In this document: positions 49,666 through 58,587 of the stretch, piece after piece
Layout of the letters: every line of letters begins with the position of its first letter
Numbering within the stretch: the first letter of the stretch is position 1
Assembly: GCA_965603125.1 (NCBI GenBank)
Contig: CBFDBU010000001.1
Span: 39,861-103,860, forward strand
Length of the DNA: 64,000 bases
Direction: 5' to 3'
From: an uncultured bacterium
GTDB lineage: Bacteria; Zixibacteria; MSB-5A5; GN15; FEB-12
Program-made: the position numbers and the translations under genes
Notes under the pieces: model-generated
Database searches by the model: none
What the model was told of the DNA's origin: nothing
What the model saw: only the letters and a program-made list of their open reading frames with translations

Positions 49666-52050
49666 TCAGTGGCGGCGCTTCCCTGTGCCTCGGAGGGTTT
49701 TGCCCTTCGCATTTCCGTTAAGGGCGAATCTGATGGCAGGTAGAGCTTCGGCAAAGAATTTCAGTTTGACATTCTTCTTTATCTCCGGGGGAAGTTCCGT
49801 GGCGTCCTTGCGGTTGTCTTCGGGCAGAATGACCATCTCGACGCCTGCCCGGTACGCCGCCAGCAGCTTCTCTTTCAATCCGCCGATAGGCAGCAGTTGA
49901 CCGCGGAGCGTGATTTCGCCCGTCATGGCCAGACACGGTTTGGGAGCCTGACCGGTGAAGAGCGACGCCAGCGCCATCAGCATGGCAATGCCTGCCGACG
50001 GCCCGTCCTTGGGCGTAGCCCCGGAAGGCACGTGGATATGGATCTCGCGCTTGTCGAAAGTCTCGGGGTCGATGCCAAGCTCAGTGGCGTTGGAACGCAG
50101 GAACGAAAGCGCCGCCTGGGCGGATTCCTTCATGACGTCCCCCAAGTGCCCGGTCAGAATCAGGTCTCTGTCACCTTTCATGGAGGTTGCCTCGATGAAG
50201 AGAATCTCTCCCCCGACAGATGTGTAAGCCAGGCCGGGAGCCACACCGACCTGACCCTTTCGGGAAAGAACCTCGCGGACAAACTTCTGCGCCCCTAACA
50301 GCTTCGGGATATCCTTAGCGTCGACCGTGATCTTGCGTTTCGACCCGGACGCCACCCGTCGGGCCGATTTGCGGGCCACCGAGGCGATTTCCCTCTCCAG
50401 GTTACGGAGCCCGGCCTCGCGGGTGTAGCCGTCGATCATGGCCTTGATGGCGGCGTCGGAAAAAGTCAGGTTGGCTTTGGTCAGGCCGTGGTTGGCAAGC
50501 TGTTTGGGTATGAGGAAGTGCCGGGCGATGGCCAGTTTCTCGATATCGGTGTATCCCGGCAGGCGAATGACTTCCATGCGGTCGCTCAGAACGGCCGGTA
50601 TCGGCTCCAGCCAGTTGGCCGTTGTGATGAACATTATCCTGGAGAGATCAAACGGCAGATCGAGATAGTGGTCCGAGAAGGAATCGTTCTGCTCCGGGTC
50701 CAGCACTTCAAGGAGGGCTGAGGAGGGATCTCCGCGGAAATCGCTGCCGAGTTTGTCGATCTCATCGAGCATGATGACCGGGTTGTTGGAACCGCACCGC
50801 TTGATATTCTGGATGATGCGTCCCGGCATGGCGCCGATGTACGTACGCCGATGGCCCCTTATCTCCGCCTCGTCGCGCATCCCACCCAGCGACACGCGGC
50901 CGAACTTGCGACCCATAGCGCGCGCGATTGACTTGCCCAGCGAGGTCTTGCCGACCCCGGGAGGCCCCACGAAGCAAAGGATCGGGCCCTTGACGTCGGT
51001 CTTCAGTTTCCGAACGGCCAGGTGTTCGAGAATGCGATCTTTCACCTTGTCCAGGTCGTGATGGTCCTCGTCGAGAACTTTCTTGGCTTTCCTCAGGTCG
51101 AGCTTATCCTCGGTCGCTTTGTCCCAGGGCATCGCCACCAGCCAGTCGATGTAGGTCCGCGAGACGGTGTACTCGGCGGACGACGGCGACATGTGTGAGA
51201 GGCGATCCAGCTCCTTGAGAGCCGCCTGCTCGGCGGAATCGGGCATACCGGCTTCTTTGATCCTGGCCTCGAACTCATCGACCTCGGATTTCTCGTCCGC
51301 CCCGCCAAGCTCCTTCTTGATCGCCTTGAGTTGTTCGCGAAGGATATAGTCGCGTTGCGATTTCCCGAGTTCGCTGGCGGCCTGCGCCTGAATTTTCCTC
51401 GAAAGCTCCAGAACCTCGATTTCCTTGTTAAGCGCCAGGTAGAGCTTGCGCATCCGGCTGAAAATATCGAGATCCTCAAGTAACTGCTGTTTCTCGGCGA
51501 TCGAGACATTAAGACTGGAGGCTACGAAATCGGCTAACTTGGAAGCTGTATCCTGGTTGATTGCCGAGATATGGAACTCCTCGGTCAGGTAGGGCGCCAG
51601 TTCGGTTAAGGTCTTGATCCTCTCCAGCAGGTTGCGCTGCAGGGCTTCGGCCTCGACTGTCTCCTCGGTGGTTTCAGGGAGGTCTTCAATCTCCGCCATG
51701 AGGTACGGCTGGTGCGCCGTGAATCTGTTGATCCTGACTCTGGCCAGTCCCTGGACAAGAAAGCGCACGGTGCCGTCGGGAAAACGCAGCATCTTGAGGA
51801 TATTGCCGGAGGCGCCGACGGTGTGCAGGTCGTCCGGGCCGGGATGTTCCTGCTGCGGGTCCTTCTGCAGGAACAGGCCGATCCGGGCGCCCCGCATCAG
51901 GGCCTCGTCCAGAAGACGCGTTTGTTCCGGGTCCTGGATCATGAGGGGCACTACCAGGTACGGGTAAACAATAGTCCCCTTCAGCGGCAGGATCGAGACA
52001 ACCTGGGTGTCGGTCATTTCCTTGTCTGTTGCGTCGTTGGTACTGATCAC
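49666..52050 (-). CDS. lon: Lon ATP-dependent protease
   Basis: LON N-domain, GPPGVGKTS, LDEIDK, PKDGPSAG and IGGLKEK. Confidence 0.98.
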   Translation of the reverse strand: MISTNDATDKEMTDTQVVSILPLKGTIVYPYLVVPLMIQDPEQTRLLDEALMRGARIGLFLQKDPQQEHPGPDDLHTVGASGNILKMLRFPDGTVRFLVQGLARVRINRFTAHQPYLMAEIEDLPETTEETVEAEALQRNLLERIKTLTELAPYLTEEFHISAINQDTASKLADFVASSLNVSIAEKQQLLEDLDIFSRMRKLYLALNKEIEVLELSRKIQAQAASELGKSQRDYILREQLKAIKKELGGADEKSEVDEFEARIKEAGMPDSAEQAALKELDRLSHMSPSSAEYTVSRTYIDWLVAMPWDKATEDKLDLRKAKKVLDEDHHDLDKVKDRILEHLAVRKLKTDVKGPILCFVGPPGVGKTSLGKSIARAMGRKFGRVSLGGMRDEAEIRGHRRTYIGAMPGRIIQNIKRCGSNNPVIMLDEIDKLGSDFRGDPSSALLEVLDPEQNDSFSDHYLDLPFDLSRIMFITTANWLEPIPAVLSDRMEVIRLPGYTDIEKLAIARHFLIPKQLANHGLTKANLTFSDAAIKAMIDGYTREAGLRNLEREIASVARKSARRVASGSKRKITVDAKDIPKLLGAQKFVREVLSRKGQVGVAPGLAYTSVGGEILFIEATSMKGDRDLILTGHLGDVMKESAQAALSFLRSNATELGIDPETFDKREIHIHVPSGATPKDGPSAGIAMLMALASLFTGQAPKPCLAMTGEITLRGQLLPIGGLKEKLLAAYRAGVEMVILPEDNRKDATELPPEIKKNVKLKFFAEALPAIRFALNGNAKGKTLRGTGKRRH

Positions 52051-52225
52051 ATTCGCCTCAACATAATAACAATCCGCAGCACGTCATCACAATATCCTAT
52101 CGGCAGAACTGCTCACATTTTGAACACGTACGCGCCGGGTGTTGTTTCCGACATGGGCCGCGCGGGTACATCACTGCCTGGAGTCAACCGGCCGTACCGT
52201 GCGGCAGGCGGCATCTCGGAGCCTT

Positions 52226-53278
52226 CTACACGTTGAACAGAAACCGTATTTCATCGCCGTCCCGGACAACGTAGTCCTTTCCCTCCAATCTCGTTTTACC
52301 GGCCGCCTTGAGCGCCACCGCCGTCTTGTATTCCATCCAGTCCTCGAACCGGGTCACTTCCGCCCTGATAAATCCCCGTTCCATGTCGCTGTGCACCGTT
52401 CCCGCCGCCGTCCGGGCGTGGGCGCCTGTCCTTACTGTCCAGGCGCGGACCTCGCCTTTACCAATGGTAAGAAATGATATCAGACCCAGCAGCGCGTATG
52501 ATTTTCTTATCACTCTCTCCATCGCCGAACCGGTCACACCCAACTCGGCATGGAACGCCTCCTGCTCATCGGGAGGAAGGGCGGCCAGCTCCATCTGAAC
52601 CTTGCCGCACACGGTAGCCACGTCACGTCTGCCCGGCTCCACCAGATGGGAGTACTGCCGGTAGACCTCGTCCTGTCGCGGAAGGTCTTCCTCGGCAATG
52701 TTCAGAATGATCAGCACCGGCTTCCGTGAGAGAAACTGGTAGTTGCGCAGCAGTTTCTCTTCGCCGGGTATGACGTCAAGGTACAGCAGGGGCTGCTCCT
52801 GCTCGAGCACTCCCAGGCAACGCCGGAGCAGGTCGAGTTCGCGCTCCAGCGATTTGTCGCCGGTCAGCTTCATCTTGCGGCTCTTGCTTGTGATATTATT
52901 CTCGACCACCTCCTGATCGGCCAGGATCATTTCATCGACCAGGTTCTGAATGTAGCGACTGGGATCGGCCTCAGTGGAAAAGGCGTCGATCACCATTAGC
53001 AGTGCGTCCATCTCGCGCAACTCGTTGGTCACACTAAGGCGCGACGAGTCTTTCCCCTCGCCCGTGAATCCGGGCGCGTCGAGAAACTCTATTTCCGGGT
53101 AGACTCTCATGTCCCGTCCTGACAACTCGGCCAGCTTATCGACCCGTTCGTCCGGCACCCTGATGACCGCCCGGTGCGACGCCCGGCTGTAGTCGCCGAC
53201 TACTTCCTTCTGCCCGGCGGCGGCGTTGAAAATGGTGGTCTTGCCGCACTGCGGCTTACCGATAATACCCAGCTTCAT
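52226..53278 (-). CDS. ychF: YchF/OLA1-family ATPase (divergent)
   Basis: MKLGIIG.P.CGKTT, VPDER, DAPG, HSDMERGFIRAEV and RLEGKDY.V.DGD...F.FNV. Start reassigned to ATG 53278. Confidence 0.92.
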   Translation of the reverse strand: MKLGIIGKPQCGKTTIFNAAAGQKEVVGDYSRASHRAVIRVPDERVDKLAELSGRDMRVYPEIEFLDAPGFTGEGKDSSRLSVTNELREMDALLMVIDAFSTEADPSRYIQNLVDEMILADQEVVENNITSKSRKMKLTGDKSLERELDLLRRCLGVLEQEQPLLYLDVIPGEEKLLRNYQFLSRKPVLIILNIAEEDLPRQDEVYRQYSHLVEPGRRDVATVCGKVQMELAALPPDEQEAFHAELGVTGSAMERVIRKSYALLGLISFLTIGKGEVRAWTVRTGAHARTAAGTVHSDMERGFIRAEVTRFEDWMEYKTAVALKAAGKTRLEGKDYVVRDGDEIRFLFNV

Positions 53279-53285
53279 GGTAGAA

Positions 53286-53314
53286 ATGGTAAGGGAATCG
53301 GCGCGGGCTGGCAA
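53286..53314 (-). promoter_or_regulatory. Sigma70 promoter of ychF (probably leaderless)
   Basis: TTGCCA-N17-TACCAT, then 7 nt to the ATG. Confidence 0.6.
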
Positions 53315-53367
53315 GGATGATGTTATCGGTACTTCCCGGCTGTCTCCCACAACGAGTTCGCGCCCGC

Positions 53368-54213
53368 TCACTTCACGAGGCCGCGCAGAACGGACAGGTT
53401 CTCAATATCCTCGGCGAGGTCTTCACCCTTGGGCGTTTCGAGTATCATCGGAACCTTTTCCAGCCGCCTGTCGTTAACAAAATTACGAAAGCCATCCAGG
53501 CCGATATGCCCCTTCCCGATATGCTCGTGCCGGTCCCGCCGGGAGCCGAGTTCCTTCATGCTGTCGTTCATGTGGATTATCCTGAGGCGGTCCAGCCCAA
53601 TAACGTCATCGAATCTTTTCATCGTCTTCCGGTAATCCTTCGCGTCAGCTAACGGATACCCCGCCGCAAAAACATGGCAGGTGTCGAGACAGACACCAAC
53701 GTGCTCCTTGTCCTCAGTTCTCTCGATCAGGTAAGCCAGTTGCTCAAACGTGTAGCCCAGGTTGCTACCTTGACCGGCGGTCGTCTCCAGCAGAAGCGTA
53801 ACGGTGTTATCGCGCAGTTCGTCGAAAAGGCGGTTGATGTTTTCAGCAACCAGATTCAGGCCCGCTTCTTCGCCCGATCCCACGTGCGAACCGGGATGCA
53901 TCACTAAGTTGGGTATTCTTAGCAGACGGCAGCGTTCCATCTCCTCCTTGAGCGACTCGAATGACTTCCCATTCAGCGCCGCATCCGGCGAGGCGATGTT
54001 TATCAGGTAACTGGTGTGCGATGTGGCCGGTGTGACGCCGGTGGTTTCAATGGCCTTGAAGAACTTGTCTACCTCTTCCGCCTCCAGCTTTCTCGCCCGC
54101 CACTGGTTGTTGGACTTGTTGAACATCTGGATTGTGTCGCACGTGGCTTTGTAGCCTCGTTCGATGGCGTTGAATACACCACCGGCAATTGATTCATGGG
54201 CTCCAAACAGCAC
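53368..54213 (-). CDS. nfo: Endonuclease IV
   Basis: GAHES, HTSYLIN, HPGS, ETTAGQG, DTCH, HMNDS, DRHEHIG and ETP. Confidence 0.97.
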   Translation of the reverse strand: MLFGAHESIAGGVFNAIERGYKATCDTIQMFNKSNNQWRARKLEAEEVDKFFKAIETTGVTPATSHTSYLINIASPDAALNGKSFESLKEEMERCRLLRIPNLVMHPGSHVGSGEEAGLNLVAENINRLFDELRDNTVTLLLETTAGQGSNLGYTFEQLAYLIERTEDKEHVGVCLDTCHVFAAGYPLADAKDYRKTMKRFDDVIGLDRLRIIHMNDSMKELGSRRDRHEHIGKGHIGLDGFRNFVNDRRLEKVPMILETPKGEDLAEDIENLSVLRGLVK

Positions 54214-54468
54214 AGGACTCCCGGATTGGGGGATTCACCATCAACTCGCCACCAATAACACCAAATCAGACGCGCAAGACAACCGTGAAATCGCCCTCGC
54301 CGCCCCACCGGAGTAAGGCTGGCGTAACCCCCAGCACGCCCGCTCGTTAGCTAAGTCCCATGTTCTCTGTACAAAAAAACCATCTTTATACAATTGCACT
54401 GACACGTTCTGTCAGTGGCCTCACATACCTTGGGGATCGAAGAACGACAAAAGCATGAGGGGAACGGC

Positions 54469-54909
54469 ATGGAGCAGTCCATTACGATCCGCGACACGGG
54501 CGTGAAAATAACTGATGTCCTCGAGATGGTGGCCAGGGGATTCTCGTACTACCAGATCCTGCTGACCGATCCACGGCTCACCCTGGCGGATATTATGGTC
54601 ACCGCCAAGGTGGCCAGGGAACTGATCAACCATTTTGTCACGGCAAACAACACCATTATAGTCGAGGGTTCGATTGAGGTCATCGCCAGCGGGGGGAGAA
54701 TCCAGAATCTCTCGAAGATCAGGGAAGAACACCCGCGCGCGTTTGAGAAGTGGAGCAAGAGCGAGGAGGAGCAGCTTGTTCAACTCTTCCACAGCGGCAA
54801 GAGCGTGACTGAGATCGCCGACATTCACAAGCGCAAACGGGGAGCCATCCGCACGCGCCTGAAAAAGTTGGGGTTGATTGACGGCGGTGAGCAAGACGAC
54901 GGGAGGTAA
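54469..54909 (+). CDS. DUF433-like domain fused to a Myb/SANT-like HTH
   Basis: IRDTGV.I.DVLE..A.G.S...IL...P.LT..DI. C-terminal AFEKWS..EEEQL...EIA..H.R..GAIR.RL.KLGL. ATG 54469 follows GAGGGG. Confidence 0.72.
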   Translation: MEQSITIRDTGVKITDVLEMVARGFSYYQILLTDPRLTLADIMVTAKVARELINHFVTANNTIIVEGSIEVIASGGRIQNLSKIREEHPRAFEKWSKSEEEQLVQLFHSGKSVTEIADIHKRKRGAIRTRLKKLGLIDGGEQDDGR

Positions 54910-55117
54910 TGTACGGGGCTATTTTGGGGGGATTGGGCTGTGCCCGTTCGACGCGCGGTGCGACGAACGGCCAAGGGGGTCGGTTGCGGGCGGCTCGGAG
55001 CCGTGCTTCGAGCCGCCCGGTATGGATATATGCGTTGCTAACTAATCGTTTCATCATACTCCGTGGGCGGCAGACGCCCCGTCTGCCCCTTGATAGCGTG
55101 AAAACCACGCCGAGGTC

Positions 55118-55173
55118 GTGGCCCATCCGCTTCGGTGGGTTTCTTTGTCCCCACCATGAAGGGTTGGCCACCC
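55118..55173. repeat. REP-like doublet of the GGGTGG family
   Basis: GTGGCCCATCCGCTT matches 47966. CCCACCATGAAGGGTTGGCCACCC resembles 47849-47872. Confidence 0.7.
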
Positions 55174-55241
55174 GGGAAGTCACTGTTCTGTATTCTGTTC
55201 CGAGTTTTGGAATAGCCCGCCTCGACTTTGCCTCCACTCGC

Positions 55242-55275
55242 AAAAAACCTGGCGGCTCGACAAGGAGCCGCCAGG
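55242..55275 (-). terminator. Rho-independent terminator of a small minus-strand transcript
   Basis: 11-bp stem CCTGGCGGCTC/GAGCCGCCAGG followed by T6 on the minus strand. Confidence 0.85.
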
Positions 55276-55334
55276 CCGGTCAAACTGTTGGGATTTACTC
55301 AGCGCAACCCAACACCTATCGGTTGAAGCTGCCG

Positions 55335-55370
55335 CTAAGTAGCAGTCACCTCACATATTCCTGGTTTCAA
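55335..55370 (-). CDS. Putative 11-aa peptide MKPGICEVTAT, or the coding part of a small RNA
   Basis: TTG start after the extended SD GAAAGGAGGTGGTCCAA. Own putative promoter and terminator. Confidence 0.5.
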   Translation of the reverse strand: MKPGICEVTAT

Positions 55371-55526
55371 AATTGGACCACCTCCTTTCCTGTGTAACCC
55401 TTATAACGTCAGAAAAGGCCCGGCGTTCAACAAAAAAAACGAACTTTCCGGAGGAACTCCGAGCAATCGGGCAGTAACCCGATCAAAACCGCCACAGAAG
55501 GCACGGCGGTCAAGAGTGACCGCATC

Positions 55527-56951
55527 TCACTTGAGATTAATAGATAGTATCTTGACCTCGGTCATGTCTTCGATTGAGTAGCGCACACCCTCGCGGCCGA
55601 GGCCGGAATCCTTCATGCCTCCGTACGGCTGATGGTCGGCACGGTAGGTTGGGATGTCGTTTATCACCACGCCGCCGCATTCGATCTGTTTGAAGGCATA
55701 GAAGATATCCTTAAGGCGGTTGGTGAAGACGCCCGCCTGGAGGCCGTAGACCGAGTTGTTGATTTCATCCACCACTTTCTTGAAGTTCCGGTACTTCTGA
55801 ACCATGACCAGCGGTGCGAAGGCTTCCTTGGCGCAGACGTCCATTGAGGCCCTGACGTTAGTCAGAACGGTCGGCTGCATTATAGCTCGGCGCGCTTTGC
55901 CGCCGGTGACAATCCTGGCGCCGCCCGCGAGGGCCTGGCGTACCATTTCCATCGCATCTTTCACGGCCTGCCGTGAGACCATGGCGCCGACGTCCGTTTT
56001 GGGGTCGCGCGGATTGCCCACCTTGAGTTTCGCCACATTGGACTTGAACAGGCGCAGGAACCGGTTGTAGACCTTTTCGTGCACGTAGATTCGCTGCACC
56101 GAGATACACGACTGCCCCGCCACCGCGAAAGCGCCCGGGACCAATCGCCCGGCGGCATACTCTATGTCGGCGTCATCGGCCACAACCGCACCGGCATTGC
56201 CCCCCAGCTCCAGAACCACTTCCTTCTTTCCGGAATGCTGCTTGATCCACCAGCCGACCTCGGACGAACCGGTGAACGTTATCAGTTTCACGCGCGGGTC
56301 CTCAAGGAGCGGCGCGGCGTCTTTCGAGGAGCCGGGCAGAATCGACACCGCGCCCTTAGGGTGATCCGTCTTGTCGATCAACTCGGCTAACATGATGGCC
56401 AGAATAGGGGTTGCCGACGCCGGCTTCAGAACAATAGTGTTGCCGGAGGCGATAGCCGGCCCGATCTTGTGCGCCACTAAGTTGAGGGGGAAGTTGAACG
56501 GCGAGATCCCGGCGATAACTCCGCGCGGAAAACGCCTTACGAGACCCAGCCGCTCCTCGGAGCCCGGATTCCAGTCAAGATCAATAATCTCTCCCCCCAC
56601 TCTCTTGGCTTCCTCGGCCGCCACCCGGAAAACGCCGATCGCGCGTCCTACCTCAGCCTTCGAGTCTTTCAGCGATTTGCCCAATTCGCGGGTCATCATG
56701 GTGGCGAACTTGTCGCGATTCCTGTCTAATCCCTCGGCGATTGACAGGCAGGTCTCCTCGCGCTTGTAGGAGGGCAGTTGACGCGTGGTCGAGAATGTCT
56801 CGTGGGCAATCCTGATCGCCTCCGTGTAGTCTTCCCTGGAGGCTGCCGCCACCGTGCCGACCAGTCTGCCGTCATACGGAGATTCTACACGGATGCCACT
56901 CTTGCGGTCATGCCACTCCCCGCCCAGATAGAGTTTGTATCTTTTTGCCAT
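55527..56951 (-). CDS. Aldehyde dehydrogenase family protein
   Basis: PFNFP, KPAS.TP, FTGS, ELGGN, GQSC, EAFAP and YGG.K.SG.GREG. ATG 56951 follows AGGAG. Confidence 0.95.
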   Translation of the reverse strand: MAKRYKLYLGGEWHDRKSGIRVESPYDGRLVGTVAAASREDYTEAIRIAHETFSTTRQLPSYKREETCLSIAEGLDRNRDKFATMMTRELGKSLKDSKAEVGRAIGVFRVAAEEAKRVGGEIIDLDWNPGSEERLGLVRRFPRGVIAGISPFNFPLNLVAHKIGPAIASGNTIVLKPASATPILAIMLAELIDKTDHPKGAVSILPGSSKDAAPLLEDPRVKLITFTGSSEVGWWIKQHSGKKEVVLELGGNAGAVVADDADIEYAAGRLVPGAFAVAGQSCISVQRIYVHEKVYNRFLRLFKSNVAKLKVGNPRDPKTDVGAMVSRQAVKDAMEMVRQALAGGARIVTGGKARRAIMQPTVLTNVRASMDVCAKEAFAPLVMVQKYRNFKKVVDEINNSVYGLQAGVFTNRLKDIFYAFKQIECGGVVINDIPTYRADHQPYGGMKDSGLGREGVRYSIEDMTEVKILSINLK

Positions 56952-57394
56952 TGCTCGCTCCTGCATAGGCCGGTATACTCATGTTTGTCACCGGAGCCAG
57001 CGGCGGTGCGGTGACGCCTGCGTCGAGCACCCGCGTCCGCCCATCACCCTGTAAATCCGGTGCTTCCATTATAGTCAACCCGGTTGTCGAATACTACCGG
57101 CTTTTTGCCTCGGGACGTCGTTGAAGGGCGGTGCCGAGTTTGCTTCCGCCGTCTGGACACTCTGCAAGTCCCGGCGGGAGGTGATGGGGGAGACTCCCCA
57201 TACTTTGTGGGTGCTCAGGTAGTTATCCATGCCCATTTCCGGTGGCGGAGGGCAGTTTTCAGGGCATGCCGCCACACGGCTTATCGCTTGAATCTCATGT
57301 GCTTACGACCGATGACTGTATCTGGTGCCTGCGATTTGTCTTCAGCCGGCACAGCTTTTACAGCAACGTCGGCTACACATGAGGGTTTTGTCTT

Positions 57395-57760
57395 ATGAAG
57401 AACATCAGAATAGCCGGTCAAGAAGGCCTGACGCTTCTGGAAGTCCTGGTCGCCATGATCATTCTCAGCATGTCGTTATTGATGCTTCTGAACATGGTCA
57501 TGATAGCGCTGGACGGAAATGATTGGTCCAAGAATACTACCGTCTCCACCCAGTTGATACAGGATAAGCTCGAGCAGTTGCGGGCTTCAAGCAATCCCGG
57601 CAACGGCTCGGATGTAGTAGCGGACTTCTCCCGAACCTGGTCGGTGTCCAGCGCCGGCAACCATCTGCGAAAGGTCGATATCGTGGTAAGCTGGGAGAAT
57701 ATCAGGGGATATGGCAAAGCTGACTCCATGACAGCGTATTTCAGAACCGATTCCTTATAG
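57395..57760 (+). CDS. PilV-like minor pilin
   Basis: Class III signal EG|LTLLEVLVAM. Confidence 0.85.
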   Translation: MKNIRIAGQEGLTLLEVLVAMIILSMSLLMLLNMVMIALDGNDWSKNTTVSTQLIQDKLEQLRASSNPGNGSDVVADFSRTWSVSSAGNHLRKVDIVVSWENIRGYGKADSMTAYFRTDSL

Positions 57761-57768
57761 GTGCAGAT

Positions 57769-58587
57769 ATGAGCAGACTCTTCAGCAAACTGAATGGCCA
57801 GCGCGGCACCTCATTACTGGAGGTGATGATTGCGCTGGTTATTACGGGTATCGTCACGGCCGCCATTCTCAAGGCCTACGTATCCCAGCACAAGAGCTAC
57901 CTCATCCAGGAAGACGTTTCCGACATCCAGCAGAATGTCCGGGCGTCCATCGACGAGTTGGCGCGTCACTGTCGCATGGCGGGATATGACATACCCCTCG
58001 GTCTCCCGGCCATAATCACGGCCAACACTGATCCGGATACAATCACGCTGACTTACCGGTCGGATAACTGCGATACATACTTGTCATCTCCCATGCCGCA
58101 GCCATCGTCCGAGCTGAAATGTGGAACGGACGTTTCCTGCTTCTATGACGGCCAGTGGGTGTACATTTTCGAGCCCGACTCCGGTATCGGCGAGTGGTTC
58201 GAGATAACACATGTCCAGGCGGATGCCAAGCACATCCAGCACAACACTATGGTGTTGTCCAGAAAGTACGGCGCCGATGCTCTCCTGCTGGCGATGACGC
58301 AGATCAAGTTCTTTGTGGACACGACCGACTCTGACCACCCCAACCTGATGATTCAGTTGGTGGGCCAGACTCCACAGGTGTACGCGGAGAACATCAATGA
58401 TCTGCAGTTTCAGTATCGGATGAAGAACTACCAGATCGTGGATGAAACCGCCTTAGCTGACGACATCCGGGAGGTGCTCATCTCGGTCAGCGGACGCTCA
58501 CGAGAACCGGATCCTGAGCTTGATGTGAATCCGTACCGAGAGAGAACATTTGCCACTTCGGTATTCCTGAGGAATGTCGGAATATGA
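57769..58587 (+). CDS. PilW-like minor pilin
   Basis: RG|TSLLEVMIAL, QQNVR..RMAGY and AENI.DLQF.Y. Confidence 0.87.
   Translation: MSRLFSKLNGQRGTSLLEVMIALVITGIVTAAILKAYVSQHKSYLIQEDVSDIQQNVRASIDELARHCRMAGYDIPLGLPAIITANTDPDTITLTYRSDNCDTYLSSPMPQPSSELKCGTDVSCFYDGQWVYIFEPDSGIGEWFEITHVQADAKHIQHNTMVLSRKYGADALLLAMTQIKFFVDTTDSDHPNLMIQLVGQTPQVYAENINDLQFQYRMKNYQIVDETALADDIREVLISVSGRSREPDPELDVNPYRERTFATSVFLRNVGI

Noticed and set aside
55373-55390. 16S rRNA gene fragment on the + strand
   Set aside because: The match is limited to the terminal ~17 nt, and upstream sequence does not resemble helices 44/45. Promoter and terminator point to the minus strand.
54909-55397. 162-aa + strand ORF as the toxin partner of the DUF433-like gene
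   Set aside because: Arg/Pro-rich with no PIN motifs, and it runs through REP elements and the minus-strand terminator.
57345-57362. Sigma54 promoter before the pilV-like gene (CGGCACAGCTTTTAC)
   Set aside because: The -12 position reads AC rather than the near-invariant GC, so it is too weak to call.
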